Of a DNA stretch of 64,000 bases, positions 50,163 to 62,156 are shown in pieces. The translations under genes were made by a program, and so were the position numbers. Position 1 is the stretch's first letter, and every line of letters starts with the position of its first letter. The stretch covers positions 84,012,001 through 84,076,000 of the forward strand of contig NC_087436.1 of NCBI RefSeq assembly GCF_036321535.1, written 5' to 3'. The notes beneath the pieces were generated by a model. It had not been told where the DNA came from. It saw only the letters and a list, made by a program, of their open reading frames with translations, and searched no databases. Source of the stretch: Camelus dromedarius. Its lineage: Eukaryota.

Positions 50163-51001
50163 GTTAGAAAACAGTTGACCAGCTCCGAACTCTAGAAATC
50201 ACAAACAGACGAGCGCTCAAGCGAGTCCGATGACCAGTGTGGCGAAGTAATTTCCGTCTCCGGCGTTCCCAGAATACGCTGCGTCCCACGCGAAGCTCCG
50301 CCCTCAAAGACGCCCATATATCGTGTGCGCCTGCGCCAAGGGTGGGATAAATTCGCGAAGGGTGAGTCGGCACATGCGCAGTTTGTGGGTTGAAGCCTCG
50401 TGGGGTTAACCGCGAGGACCACGCCTACACTCTGTGACTCAGATCTAGCCAATGAGTTCTGCCTTTTAATATTGTTGGGGAAATATTAACACCTGAAAAA
50501 AAAAAAAGCCAAGAAGATGTATTAATTACAGATTTTAATTGTGGCCATGAAAAAAAGCCAAATAAATATATTAATGGTCATGGTTTTAACCATGGCCATG
50601 TGTCTGGGATATTCGATGTTCAATTTTTTTCCAGCTCCAAAAACTAAAAAACGCAAAGCTTTTAAAAGTGTGATTTCTTAACGGCAGGTAGGGTAAGCTG
50701 CGGCGCGTTAAAGAAGCCTGAAAGTAAACACACTCTCATTAACTAGTCTAATTGTCTAACCCAGCTCAGTCTCTAAGTCCCTAGTACTTTTACCTCCGTG
50801 TTAAGTGGATTTCCAGGCCACGGAGCTCTCATCGCGAGAACTCACGACATTAGCTTTAGGAGGAGGAGCGCTAGTGAGCCAACTGACAAATGACTGCTCT
50901 CAGGTTGTCCCGAGCTTTCCTCCAGTAATTAACGCGACTCTGGGGCCTCAGTGCGCGTGCGAACAGGTGGCTCCACCCCTTTGCCCGCTTTAGCGTTTCT
51001 C

Positions 51002-52075
51002 ATGCTTCCCGCGCGTCTCACTCCTAGGCTGTTCTGCAGGGTCCTGTGGCGATCCGCTCTCATAGTAAAGCGCCATGAACTCCCGGAGAAGCTCACGAGA
51101 GAAGATGCGCGGACGGCTGCTCCCAGCACCCATCGGGTCTGGGTCGTGGGCCTCCCCGTGGCCCGACAGCGACTGGGGGTTACGAAGGAAGGGCTGACAT
51201 GGAGAAGCATTTTCTGTTCCCCGAGTACGTCCCGGAGCCGGCTCCCGCACTGAGCCTCCAAGACCAGCTGCGGAAGCTGCAGCAGCAGCAGCAGGAGGAG
51301 AAGGAGCGACAGATGCAACAGGGCAGGAGGAGCAGGGACAGCAGACGTTAAGTGCACCTGGTCGTGGGGCATCCGGACTCGACGGTGCAGCTCAGCCTCC
51401 TGAACTGTTTAGGTTTCGTGGAGGAGCTGCACAGGCAGACCGCGGACTGGAGCGGAAGGTGTGCCAGCGCTGCTGGCGGCTGATTCATCACCGGCGCGCC
51501 CTGCGTCTGCAGATGAGCCGCGAGCGGTACCTGGAGCTGGTGAGGGCCGCGCTGCGGCGGGCCGAGCCCTCCCTGGTACTCTACATGGTGGACCTCCTCG
51601 ATCTGCCGGACAACCTGCTGCCTCACCTGCCCGCGTTGGTGGGCCCCAAGCAGCTGATCGTGCTAGGAAACAAGGTGGACCTCCTGCCCCAGGATACTGC
51701 TGGTTACCGGCAACGGCTCCAGGAGCGACTGTGGGACGACTGTGCCCGCGCCGGGATCCTGCCGCCCCCTGGCTACCGAGGGCCACAACACCCGAGCAGG
51801 GACCGGCCTCGGGACGCGGCGAATAATGTGAATCCTTCGACCAAAGTCCCGCACAGTGCTCAGGGACATGCGGCTCATCAGCGCCAAGACTGGCTATGGA
51901 GTCGAAGAATTGATCTCCGTGCTCCAGCGCTCCTGGCGCTACCGCGGCGCCGCCTGCTTGGTTGGCGCCAACAACGCTAGCAAGACCACTCTCTGCAACA
52001 CGCTCCTGGAGTCCGATTACTGCATCGCCAAGGGTGCTGAGGCTATCGACAGGGCTACCGATTCCCCTTGGCCTG
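51002..52075 (+). pseudogene. NOA1: NOA1 pseudo-exon 1
   Basis: ATG at 51002; GT donor at 52076 after ...SPWPG. Frameshifts near 51095, 51325, 51432 and 51845. About 19 codons deleted between ELH and ADRGL. First CxxC reads CLGF. P-loop reads GANNASKT instead of GATNAGKS. Confidence 0.95.
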
Positions 52076-53008
52076 GTGAGTTTTAGGACTCTCATCCCCT
52101 TTGTTTTCTGAGGTGGAAGTCTCATTATGGTTCAGGCACGTAGTACTGTATCCTTCCTTAATGTCCACTAGAGGCTAGCAGAAGTCTTTCCTTTTAAAGG
52201 AAAAACTACTTTGGTCACATCTCTCTTTCGTGGCAGTTTAGTGCTTGGAAATTCAGTATTTGTTGTGGTAACTTTCCAATAGAAATAATTGAGTCCTTCT
52301 ACGTTCCAGTCACTGTTCTGGCTGTATAGATGAACCAGGGGACACAGGAAGTTCCTGCTCTCTTGGAGGTTTCCCTTGTAGCTTTAGTTCTTTGCATGTT
52401 TCTCCAGAAAGTCCTTCATTTACTTTCTAAGCCTCTGTCCACCCCTCAGTCTTACCCCTTATGGCTTCAGTTTACTCATAAGAATACTAAACAGATTTAA
52501 CATTGGAATAATTCACTAAGGCAATGTGATGTGTGGCTTTGTTGAGAAGAAATGTCAACTTTGTGACTTTAAGACACATCTATAGTAATTGTAAAATGGG
52601 TTCTTCTATAACCCTGTTTGTCTTTAACAGCTGGCAAAACTAACTACTTCGTTTGTTCCTTTGAAACCAGTCCTTAACTTTGAAAAGCTGTTTTTCCTGT
52701 AGCGGACTTAGGTTGAATTATACGCAGAAGTGCTTTAATACCAGTTAGTAGTACGGGGAAAATAGAAAGAAATCAGGCCTACAGATTTGGGATTCAACTC
52801 CTAGTTAATTAAGCCTGTGAGCCAGTCTCTGATCCTGTTTCCTAGTCTGTAAAGTAGGAATAATTTTGTAGAGAGCTGTCATGAAAGCTGAGTGAAATAA
52901 CCACAGTACCCAAGATAGTGTAGCTCCTCCTAAATGTTAAGTTTCCTCTCCTTATTCTCTTTTCTTATACAATGTTTATAACAACGTATTTATTCTTTGC
53001 TGCTTCAA

Positions 53009-53165
53009 GTGCTATATTAAAACCTTCTCAAGTTTCCTATTTGTAATCCAACTCCTTACAGAATGTTTCAAAGGCAAAGAAGGCTTTAACAAGATGCAAC
53101 TGAAGCGGTAGAATGGCAGGAACAAAATCAACTTACTCTCTTGAAAAAACATGGTTATGTAGTAG
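53009..53165 (+). pseudogene. NOA1: NOA1 pseudo-exon 2
   Basis: [25 protein letters not shown]...LKKHGYVV; in-frame TAA at 53087-53089; acceptor region altered (ttcaa|gt); GT donor at 53166. Confidence 0.92.
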
Positions 53166-53756
53166 GTAAGCGCCTTCTATAGGAAACCTCTTGTTGGGTC
53201 TCTGCTAATATTCTGGGCTAGCCAGTTTTGGAGGGAGAAATTACTTAGTCATTTGGGAACATAGAGGTCCTTTAGAGGCAAGGCTGTTTGGAAACCCAGA
53301 GTTCATTGTGATGAGAAAATTGATACAGTAGATGCATGGAGAAATTAGGAAAGGAAACATGAATAACTGCTCATCTGGCCACTGTCAGCAGTAGAAATAT
53401 TTTCACTAAGATACTAGCCATCTCCTTGCAAACCAGTATAGGTCTTTGATCTATTGCAGCTTTAAAGTAGATTGCCCTCCTTTCCTTGGTACCTCTTTTC
53501 ATCTTCCTTTACTAAAAACAGTTTGATTTCCAACACTACCCACCCCTACATCCCCAACCTGAGCAATGTGCACAGCCAGCCACACACTTAATCATTAAAA
53601 GAGTCTGACTCCCACTGCCTTTGGAAATAAAGTATCATTGTAGTCTCATTCCATACTCCATACTTAGTAATTTGTTTGAGGCAAACATAAGAATTATATA
53701 TCTTGAGTCAAAAGCTTTAAAGGAGAGACTACTAGCTTCAATATAAATTATTCTAG

Positions 53757-53953
53757 GAAGAATTAAAAGAACATTCTTGTATTCAGAAGGATGAAGCTTC
53801 TTTGAGTTTGATACTGATTCACTTGCCTCTGACATGGGAAACCAACTTGTTATGGTTGGAGATAAATCCACCAAACGAGTAGAATTAACCCCACAAGATG
53901 GGAAAGATGCCTACTGGTTTTACGACACCCCTGGAATTACAAAAGAAAATTGT
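53757..53953 (+). pseudogene. NOA1: NOA1 pseudo-exon 3
   Basis: AG/GT bounded; RIKRTFLYSEG*SFFEFD...[13 protein letters not shown] (DTPG G3 motif); in-frame TGA at 53792-53794. Confidence 0.93.
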
Positions 53954-56359
53954 GTATGTTTTTGATGTCTTTTAGAAACAATAACTTTCAGTTGCAAGTC
54001 TGTCTTAATTGGCAGAAAAGGAGGTATACTTTCATTTTAAACTAAATTCTGATTTCACTAATTAAAACAGCTCAGGGTTCAAGGAAAACCTATATGCCAT
54101 CAAGTTCTATATGCCATTTGGTAGGCTTTACTGCTGATAACCTACTTATATCTTTGTGGTTTCCTTAGTGAGGGAGACATTTACAGAATCCTAGATTTTG
54201 GAGGTTGAAAGAAATCGTATCACTGCATCCGGTCACCTGTTTCATGCTTGAATTCCCTCTGTAACATATCCATCAAGAGGTGCACCCAGCTTGAACTGAA
54301 GTAAGGCATGACACATTCAGCTGAAGCAGTGTCACCACACCTTCCAAGGTCACCCCTTTGGTCTCTGACCTGCTCTTTGTGTTGAGCTGAGCAGTCTCCC
54401 TGTCACTTGTCTTGTTCCCCAAAGCTGTACAGAACAAATGTAATGCCTCTTTCCTTTGGCAGACTTTGAAGTATTTTAAAGTATAATGTCCTCTCTCTCC
54501 TTCATTCTACTCTTTTCTTCTCTTTCACTGGTTCATCCAGCAAAGATGGAATACTTACTGTGCTGATGTAATCCAGACAATTTGTCTTCGTTTCCTGTAG
54601 CTCTTCTCTCTGAAAGGCTAGTGATGAACACAGGCCCCTTGTCACAATGATTTCTAATTTGTTTTTGTTCTTAAAGTATGACATAAACAACTAAATTTCT
54701 TGTATAAGTGCCTCAGATGAGCCTAATTTGGAATAGGATTAGTTCTACCTATCTTGTTTTTACACATCTTTTTAATCCAATTGCAGAATCTCCTGGGAAA
54801 CTTTGATTTTATCTTCAATTCAGCCTATATCCTACATGCTCATTAAATCTCACAACCTTTTATTCATTTGCAGTTTGGATCATCATCCAAGTCATCAGTT
54901 GAGTCAAGTGTGCATTTAGGACGCAGCCTTACAACAGATCCATTAATCAGCTTCCTCTGAATCTGGTTACTGACCAGGTTCTAATGTACCTAATCGTCTG
55001 TGTATGGCTCTGTGAAACAACATTAGATTCTTAAGAATTTTTCCTCCCTTTGCCATCAGAATCACTTATAGTTTCATTCTTCGAATTGTATCCCATCTGG
55101 TGTCCCCATATAGGTCTTTTAACCTTCTTTGCCCTCTACAACAATTGTTTGTGTCCAGTCTTTTCTTCTTTAGCAATACAGAACTTCAGAGCAACTGCAC
55201 TGCTTCCTAGTAATGTTCTATCACTTTAACTTCACCAATTCATTCTTTCCTTTAGACTCAGGTCAGGGATAGCAGTTACTTGGTCATGTGTACTCTCTTG
55301 TCAATTAGTCAGAAAGGCAAGAACCCAGCAGTGAGACCTGCAAGGTTTTAGATATAAAAGTTCTTTCAGGCAATAGGATTCAGTGCCAGTTTATTGATCT
55401 ATTTATTTGATGCCTTCAACCAGTGTTTCCCAAACTGAACCAAATTATTAGGGTCTCTGGTATAAAAGACTTAAAAGGTTTCTTTACTGCAGGTGGCTTT
55501 TAATATGCTTTGTCAAACATAAATACTGAGAAAAACTACTTGCAGCCCCCTTATGTATTTTTTGTGAGCCTCACTGAATATCACACATTTTTTAATCTTT
55601 AATTTTAATTAATAAAATAATTTTATTTTCTCGTGAGAAGCAAGTGCTCAAAAGTTTATCTGTTTGTTTGCTTTTACTGTCTCTATTTTTTAATCAGATT
55701 TTTATTCCTTAAATCTTAGCAGAATCTTGTACTGCCTAGCTTTCCTTTCTATTTTCTCTAGTCTCTTTAGGAGCTCTTTATCCTTAGAAGCCGCAGGATT
55801 CATAACTTTCTCTCTCTCTCTCTCTCTTTTGTGCTGAGTATTTGGGAGAAATAAGGAAACCAAAGACTGGAATTTAGAAAAGGTTCTTCAAGCTCTTTAC
55901 TTGCTCATAGAAGGGGATGATCATTTTGCACCTAATGCATGCATACTTGCCACTAGAATAGAATGTAGGACATTGCCTGACTGTTAGCTGAAAACTGCTG
56001 CTCCCCAGAAGCCTTTGATGGAGACAACATGTTTTCTAGCTTGCAAATGAATCATCAGTACTTTCAGTTCACACAAAATTTGACAGAATTTGGGGGATGC
56101 TGCTGTCTCACACTCCTATAAAGTTATATTGCCATTATTCAAGATTAAGTTGTAAAACAGAGTAGAGCCATTTGTAAAATGATTCATTTAAGCAGAAAGA
56201 ATATATGAATTTTATGTGCAGCAAAATCTGAATTATATACTTTGCTTTATTGTGAAATCTGGAATATTTTATCATCACTTTTTATCTTAAAGGTAAATCA
56301 CAATATATCATATGTTCATTGAAAGTAATTCTTTTAAAAATTTGCCCTTTGCTTTACAG

Positions 56360-56489
56360 ATTTTAAATCATAACAGAAAAAGAAGTAAATATTGTTTTGC
56401 CAACACACTCCATTGTTCCAAGAACTTTTGTGCTTAAACCAGGAATGGTTCTATATTTGGGTACCACAGGCCATATAGATTTTCTGCAG
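56360..56489 (+). pseudogene. NOA1: NOA1 pseudo-exon 4
   Basis: AG/GT bounded, 130 nt; ILN, then a 2-nt deletion, then [39 protein letters not shown]. Confidence 0.93.
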
Positions 56490-56616
56490 GTGAGGAAAGT
56501 CTGTACCACTAAAAAATGACTTAGTATTGGGATTTACTTTAAGGAAGCAGATAGATGAACAAAACTGGCAAGATGTTGATAACTAGGTCTTCCCTTTGTA
56601 GGGCTGATATACTGTT

Positions 56617-56620
<4 letters not shown>

Positions 56621-56666
<46 letters not shown>
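56621..56666. repeat. (TG)n microsatellite
   Basis: Perfect run. Confidence 0.97.
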
Positions 56667-56670
<4 letters not shown>

Positions 56671-57548
56671 AAAACGTCTGTAATAAAAACTTAGGAAAAG
56701 GAAATGGGAAAAAAAAAGTACTAGGTATTAAAACCTGTATTTTCAATAGGAGGTTGAGTGCCCCATACACCTTGGCATTAAGAAAAGATACTTTCTGTCT
56801 CCTGTGGTATTGTTTTCCATGGAAGTCAGAGGTCACAAGTTTAGGTACAGAGCTTATATGCATTAATTCAATTCTACACTTTTTATATCCCATGCTATGT
56901 ATACTTTTATGTATTTTTTTTGTTTGGTATTCATTTACATAGCATCATTCAGGGATTTTAGAATATCTGTAGAATTGATTCCTGTTTTGCCAAAGTGAGG
57001 AGAAAAAGGAAAATGAAACATGGATATGTCCAACAGCACTGAATGTAATTTGCAGGCCATTGCCTAGAACAACTTCTTGGGTTTGTGTGGGTTTATAATT
57101 TGTTGGAAATTTGGCCTTACACACTTAAATCCTGTATGTATTCCCTTAGAGCTCATAGAATGTTAATATTATAAACCTAACTTTATACAGGGACAGTTAA
57201 AGTAGACAATATTTCCTTTTCCTTTTTATAACAGAAGCTGTTGTGGTTGTTTTTGTTTTTGTGTTTTTATTAAGTATCAGGAAGCCAATTAAAGGCATAG
57301 TTCGATGGACAGATGAAATGCACTGCTTCTGCCATATTTTGCCCCCCCCCCTTTTTTTTAGGCATTACTTTTATTACAGCTGCCATATCAGTATTTTTTT
57401 AAACACTTTTTTATTGAGTCATAGTCATTTTACAATGCCATATCAGTATTTTAAAAGGGAGTTTGATTTTTTTCAAATTGTACCTTGTAATGTACTAATT
57501 TTACAAGTTTTCCATTGTTTAAAATAAGTTCTTTCTTCCTTTCTTAAG

Positions 57549-57664
57549 GGAAATCAGTCAGCTTGGTTTATAGCTGTGGCTTCAGACTTCTTCCCATGCA
57601 CATTACTTCCTTGGACAAGGCAGATACTCTGTATCAGAAGCGGGCGGGTCATACATTACTCAAG
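57549..57664 (+). pseudogene. NOA1: NOA1 pseudo-exon 5
   Basis: AG/GT bounded, 116 nt; [14 protein letters not shown], then a 1-nt deletion, then [22 protein letters not shown]. Confidence 0.92.
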
Positions 57665-58379
57665 GTGAGAGGACAGGCTTTGACAGTTGCACAGTTAGGT
57701 TAACGTCCCCTGTGATAGTCCCACAGCCCTGTTAAGAAAGCCTTTGTTGGACAGAACCAACTTTGTTATACCATCAGCTAGCTCTCCCCTGACCTTGTTC
57801 ACCTTGAGGATTTTGGCTATAAAGTGAGGTGGACTCTTACAAGAAAAGGGATGTTGGATTGGACTGATCCTGGAATAGTGACAGAGCTGGATTTTCTCTA
57901 GGTGACACTATCCAGTATGGTATCCATATGTGGCTATTTAAATAAACTGATTAAAAGTAAATAAAATTTAAAATTCAATTCTTCTGTTGTAGTGGCCACT
58001 TTTCAACTGCCCAGCAGCCACGTCACTGGAGAAAGTTGTATTGGATAGTGCTGAGTGAAGAGAAGTTACAGGTATTCTCACAACTTGGGGTGCTGCTGGC
58101 ATCTAGAGGGGGAAGCCAGAGAGGATGCTGACCATCCTGCAGTGCACAGGACAGCCCCCACAGCCAAGACTTACCAGGTGCAAGACGTCAGAAGTGCCAA
58201 AATTGAGCAGCCATCGTTGGGGTGGAAAAGCTCTCCGCCCAGGTTCTTAATCCCAGACACAGAGTTTCGCACCTCTTCTCTCCTGCTCTGCTTGTTCCTA
58301 ACTTCAGCCCATGAGTAGTGCGTTAAAATTTCTCCAATCTTAGAAAGACAAGCATCGTATGATTGCATTATATGTATTT

Positions 58380-58686
58380 AAAAAAAAAAAGATACAAATG
58401 AGCTCATTTAGAAACCACAAATAGACTCATAGACAGAGAAAACAAACTATGGTTACCAAAGGGGAAAAGGGCTGGGGGGAGGGACAAATTAGGAATTTGG
58501 GATTAACAGATACACACTTACTATATATTAAAATGGATAAACAACAAGGACCTACTGTATAGCACAGGAAACTATATTCAATATCTTGTAATAATCTATA
58601 ATGGAAAAGAATCCAAAAAGTATATATATATATGTATAACTGAATCACTTTGCTGTACACCTGAAACTGACATATCATAAATAAAT
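58380..58686 (+). mobile_element. L1 3' end
   Basis: gatacaaatgagctcattta...caacaaggacctactgtatagcacaggaaactatattcaatatcttg. Confidence 0.85.
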
Positions 58687-60967
58687 AGTTTGTCTGCATA
58701 ATACTGTAATTGATCTAAAATACAGTTATCTGTTAAATGAAATGTTAACTATTAGTCTCTCTGGTTACTAGGATTTGAGATAGTTTTTATTTTCGTGTAT
58801 ATGAATATTTTCCAAATTTTCCTCAAGAAACATACTGATTATATAATTGGTAGCAATAAACGTTATTTCACATGATTAAAAAAAATCTTCTGTGACCTTT
58901 AAAAAAACAAAACAAAACTCAGTGTTCTGCTCATTCCTTCTCTTCACAATCTAGCTTATTCCTGCTCCTCACATCCCATCCTCTGCAGTCTGTGTTTGGC
59001 CCTTTCTGTGCCACTGAAATTGTTCTTACTAAGTTCTCCATAGACTGAGTGGGGACTGTTCAGCTCTAACCAGACATGCTGTAGACACTGTTGGCTAGTG
59101 TATAACAGTTAAGATCATTGGAACCACTGGGTTCAAATCCCGCTCTGCTCCACCACTTAACAAAGCTGTGTGACTTTAGGCAAGTTTCCTTCACCTCTGT
59201 CCCTTGTACCTATGTCACAAGGTTGTGGAGAAGATTAAGTTCCAGGGCACTGTTGTAACTGCTATGTAAGTATCTCTGATGATGATGATGGGACGTATTT
59301 ACTGCAAAAATAGCAGGTGCATCCAGTGCAGAGGTGATTTACCATTAACTAATGCTCATGCAACCAAAAATAAGTCAACATGCAAAATATACACACACCC
59401 TTCAATGAGGATAAAATCAACCTGACTTGAGGAGTAAATGCTGCTTTCTCTCTGGATTTCCTAAGGAAGCCAGAGTGAAATTAAAACTCTTTTGAAATAA
59501 CTGCCCTAAAGTTAATACTCCAGAGACATGCAGGAGTTGCAGAGTAGTGAGCATATAAATGTAAGGAGCAATAAAGGATCTGTCCATTTTTCTACACTAA
59601 AAGACCTTAGTTCTGTTAGATTTGTTTTCTTTTTGGGTAAAACAATAACATACAAGTTGAAATGCAGATTGAGATTTCTAGGAAAGGAAACAGCCTTAAT
59701 TTGTTTGGCTCTCATAAAAATGAACACTGTGGTGGTCTACCCTCATGCATCTATGTAGTTTTCAAAATGGACATCCCTGATACTTCTCAAAACAAGAATC
59801 CCAGGCTTCTCTCCCTCCCAGTGTAAACACAAATGGTTTCTTGGGCTGCTCTGAAACTCATTCTTGCCTCCTAGTTTTCTTACCCATCTCCTAAGTCCAA
59901 GTCTGTCCTGCCTCCTAATATCCCTGAATCCAGCCTTGCACTTTAAGCAAGCTGCTTACACTAGGCTGTTTTTGATCCTTATTTTCTCAGCTTCCAGTTT
60001 TTACTGCCCTCCTCCTACCCTACCCCACTAGAGCTGTGGTTCGCAACCAGGGTTGACTCTTAGCCCAAGGGGCCATCTGGCAAAGCCTGGAGACACTTTT
60101 GGTTTCATAATTTAAGGGATGCTGAGCAGAAGCTCCTAAAATTTGTGCAATGCACAGGACAGCCTCCCCCTGACAAAGAATTATTCAGCCAAAAATGTCA
60201 ACAGTATTGAGGTTGAGAAGCCCTGAACTAGGGAGATTTTTCCAAAATACGAAACAAGTCACAGTATTCTTTTCTTATCCTTACTTCTTTCCTACTTAAA
60301 ATTCCTTGGTAGCTCCACAGTACTGAGAGAAGTCTCATAACTAATACACGTGTGCACACACACCCCCACAAATTAAACTACAGTTCCCTGAACTCATCTT
60401 CTTTTCAGTCTTGGTGTCTGTACATGATTCTAACCCAGAATACCTTTCCACTGAGTAACTTCAACCTGTTTTTCAAAATACTGCTCTTCATCACTGTTTT
60501 CCTTGACTGAAACACTTATTACTTCTTCCTCCACAACCATAGTATTTAATAGATGTCTCATTGCATTTCGTACCTTGTAATTTGTTTACATGTTATTTCC
60601 AGCTTCTGATCTATTTGGGAGCAGAAGCCATATTGTAACATCTGTCTTGGTGTCCTTACTGTAAAACAGAGAGATCTGTTAATAAATAGGTAAATTATTA
60701 TCCAGTTACTTCCAATCCATGGAAACACCTGTAAATAGAAACTGAATCTTATCCATTATACATGGACCCTTGACTTGTAATGAGGTGGGGATTAATCTCA
60801 GTCCAGCCAGGCCCTTAAGAGCTAAGGTATTTGAAAGGGTGTTGCCTTAATTGCCCAATATTATGTCTGTAGAGCTGTAAAAATAGCTAATAAAGGAAGA
60901 TTCTGTTATCTGGAAGTTACCACCAGATGGATGCCCACATGGGGGGCCTTGACACTGGGAGTGTTTG

Positions 60968-61122
60968 GGGTTTTTTGTTTTTTGATTTTGATTTTGAGAG
61001 GGGAGGAGGTAATTAGGTTTCTTTTCTTTCTTTTTTTTTTTTAACTATAGGTACTGGGGATTGAACCCAGGACCTCATGCATGCATGCTAAGCACACGTA
61101 TTACCACTGAGCTGTATCCTCC
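60968..61122 (-). mobile_element. tRNA-derived SINE (camelid Vic-type) in NOA1 pseudo-intron 5
   Basis: ggtactggggattgaacccaggacctc...ccactgagct; perfect 15-bp TSD CACTGGGAGTGTTTG at 60953-60967 and 61123-61137. Confidence 0.9.
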
Positions 61123-61276
61123 CACTGGGAGTGTTTGAAATGTTTAAATGTTAAACAGTTTAATGTTTAAAAAGATTTTATTCTTGATACCTTCCCAGAA
61201 TTATCTTATCAGTGCTTTACTTAGAGTTATGAGGTGTTTAATGTGAACTTCCAAATATCTTCATTTTCTCCTCATG

Positions 61277-61379
61277 GAAAGAATGGCAGGATTTCCTCCT
61301 CTTGTTGCTGAAGACATTACATTAGACGAAGGACCTGGGGAATCTGAAGCAGTGGCTGATACCAAGTTCTCCTCTGCAG
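61277..61379 (+). pseudogene. NOA1: NOA1 pseudo-exon 6, with 5' end and splice acceptor deleted
   Basis: [36 protein letters not shown] donor at 61380. The expected AG and IPMGG codons are missing after the pyrimidine tract. Confidence 0.9.
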
Positions 61380-61687
61380 GTAATTTTACACCAAGCACTT
61401 TTTAAAAGGAAAATAAAGTAGCCTTACTAACTTATAGTACATTTTTATACAAATGTACCTTAAATGACATAGCAGAGTATTTTAAGAAATACATAGTAGT
61501 TTATTCATAAGATGCAAGCTACTCTGAAAATAAATTTGTACCTTTTCACAAATGCATTGTATGTTTTAAAAAAAAAATGAGTGAAAGACAACAGCAGCCT
61601 CCTTTGGGTCTCCATTCTGAGCTGTGTTTGGTGTTTTTGGTAAGGTGGTTGCAAACAGCATTTGTGCTCTGCCCTGTGCCTGCATAG

Positions 61688-61890
61688 GCTGGGTCACAGT
61701 AACGCCTCAGTTTAAAGACAGACTGCACCTCTGAGGCTATACACCTCAAGGAACAGTACTGACGGTCCGGCCCCCGCTCTTACCACATATCGTCAACATC
61801 ACAGGAGAGCGCATCCCAAGAAGCGCGGCCTATAAAACCAAGAAGCCTCCTTCCCTTGTGTACAATCTGCAGAAAAAGAAAAGAAGATAA
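61688..61890 (+). pseudogene. NOA1: NOA1 pseudo-exon 7 (terminal, coding part)
   Basis: AG at 61686-61687; [36 protein letters not shown]...[18 protein letters not shown]. Premature TGA at 61732-61734 (probably CGA>TGA); terminal TAA at 61888-61890. Confidence 0.93.
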
Positions 61891-61973
61891 ATATACGAAG
61901 CTGACCTTGTTCACATTGAAGATTAACCATATAGAACATACTACGTACGTTGAATTTTGTTAAATATCACCGT

Positions 61974-61979
61974 AATAAA
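61974..61979 (+). terminator. Polyadenylation signal of the NOA1 pseudogene
   Basis: AATAAA starting 84 nt after the terminal stop codon. Confidence 0.6.
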
Positions 61980-62156
61980 GCAACCCCCACCTTCCCCTTT
62001 TTAAACTACTCTGGATGATGCCTCTCTTTAAAGTACTGAATTTCTAAACACAAGCTGCTTTTTTGTATAGTGCATATATGTGTTTGTCTGTGACCCAAAT
62101 ATACCTAGCAGAACTCTAAAAAGGAGTTCTGCTACATTCGGATTTCTCCCGCTACT

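Larger units (their letters stand above)
49980..52080. promoter_or_regulatory. CpG island and bidirectional POLR2B/NOA1 promoter remnant
   Basis: High GC and CpG density against the AT-rich background, with an AT-rich dip at about 50460-50680. ZNF143/Staf-like TTCCCAGAATACGCTGCG at 50266-50283, NRF1-like TGCGCCTGCGC at 50326-50336, CCAAT near 50449, TCGCGAGA at 50832-50839. Confidence 0.8.
51002..61890 (+). pseudogene. NOA1: Unprocessed (intron-containing) NOA1 pseudogene, mitochondrial circularly permuted GTPase; 7 exons, all disabled
   Basis: Hand translation of seven blocks in the correct order matches recalled mammalian NOA1: MLPARL..., VCQRCW...[11 protein letters not shown]...[91 protein letters not shown]...KTKKPPSL. 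Multiple stops and frameshifts. Confidence 0.95.

Noticed and set aside
49722..50452. ORFs of 157, 74, 69 and 86 aa around the promoter
   Set aside because: Chance ORFs in CpG-island, 5'UTR and intron sequence; only the 19-nt POLR2B exon 1 remnant is recognisable.
51459..51980. 173-aa ORF as a functional NOA1 CDS
   Set aside because: A fragment between two frameshifts; it leaves the NOA1 frame near 51845, before the P-loop.
51409..52125. 238-aa minus-strand ORF, the longest in the track
   Set aside because: Antisense shadow of the GC-rich NOA1 exon 1, where stop codons are rare; no recognisable domain.
41125..61890. Lesions in POLR2B and NOA1 as sequencing or assembly error
   Set aside because: They include in-frame multi-codon deletions, many missense changes in highly conserved RPB2 residues, CpG-type nonsense changes and loss of downstream exons, which is not a homopolymer-indel pattern.
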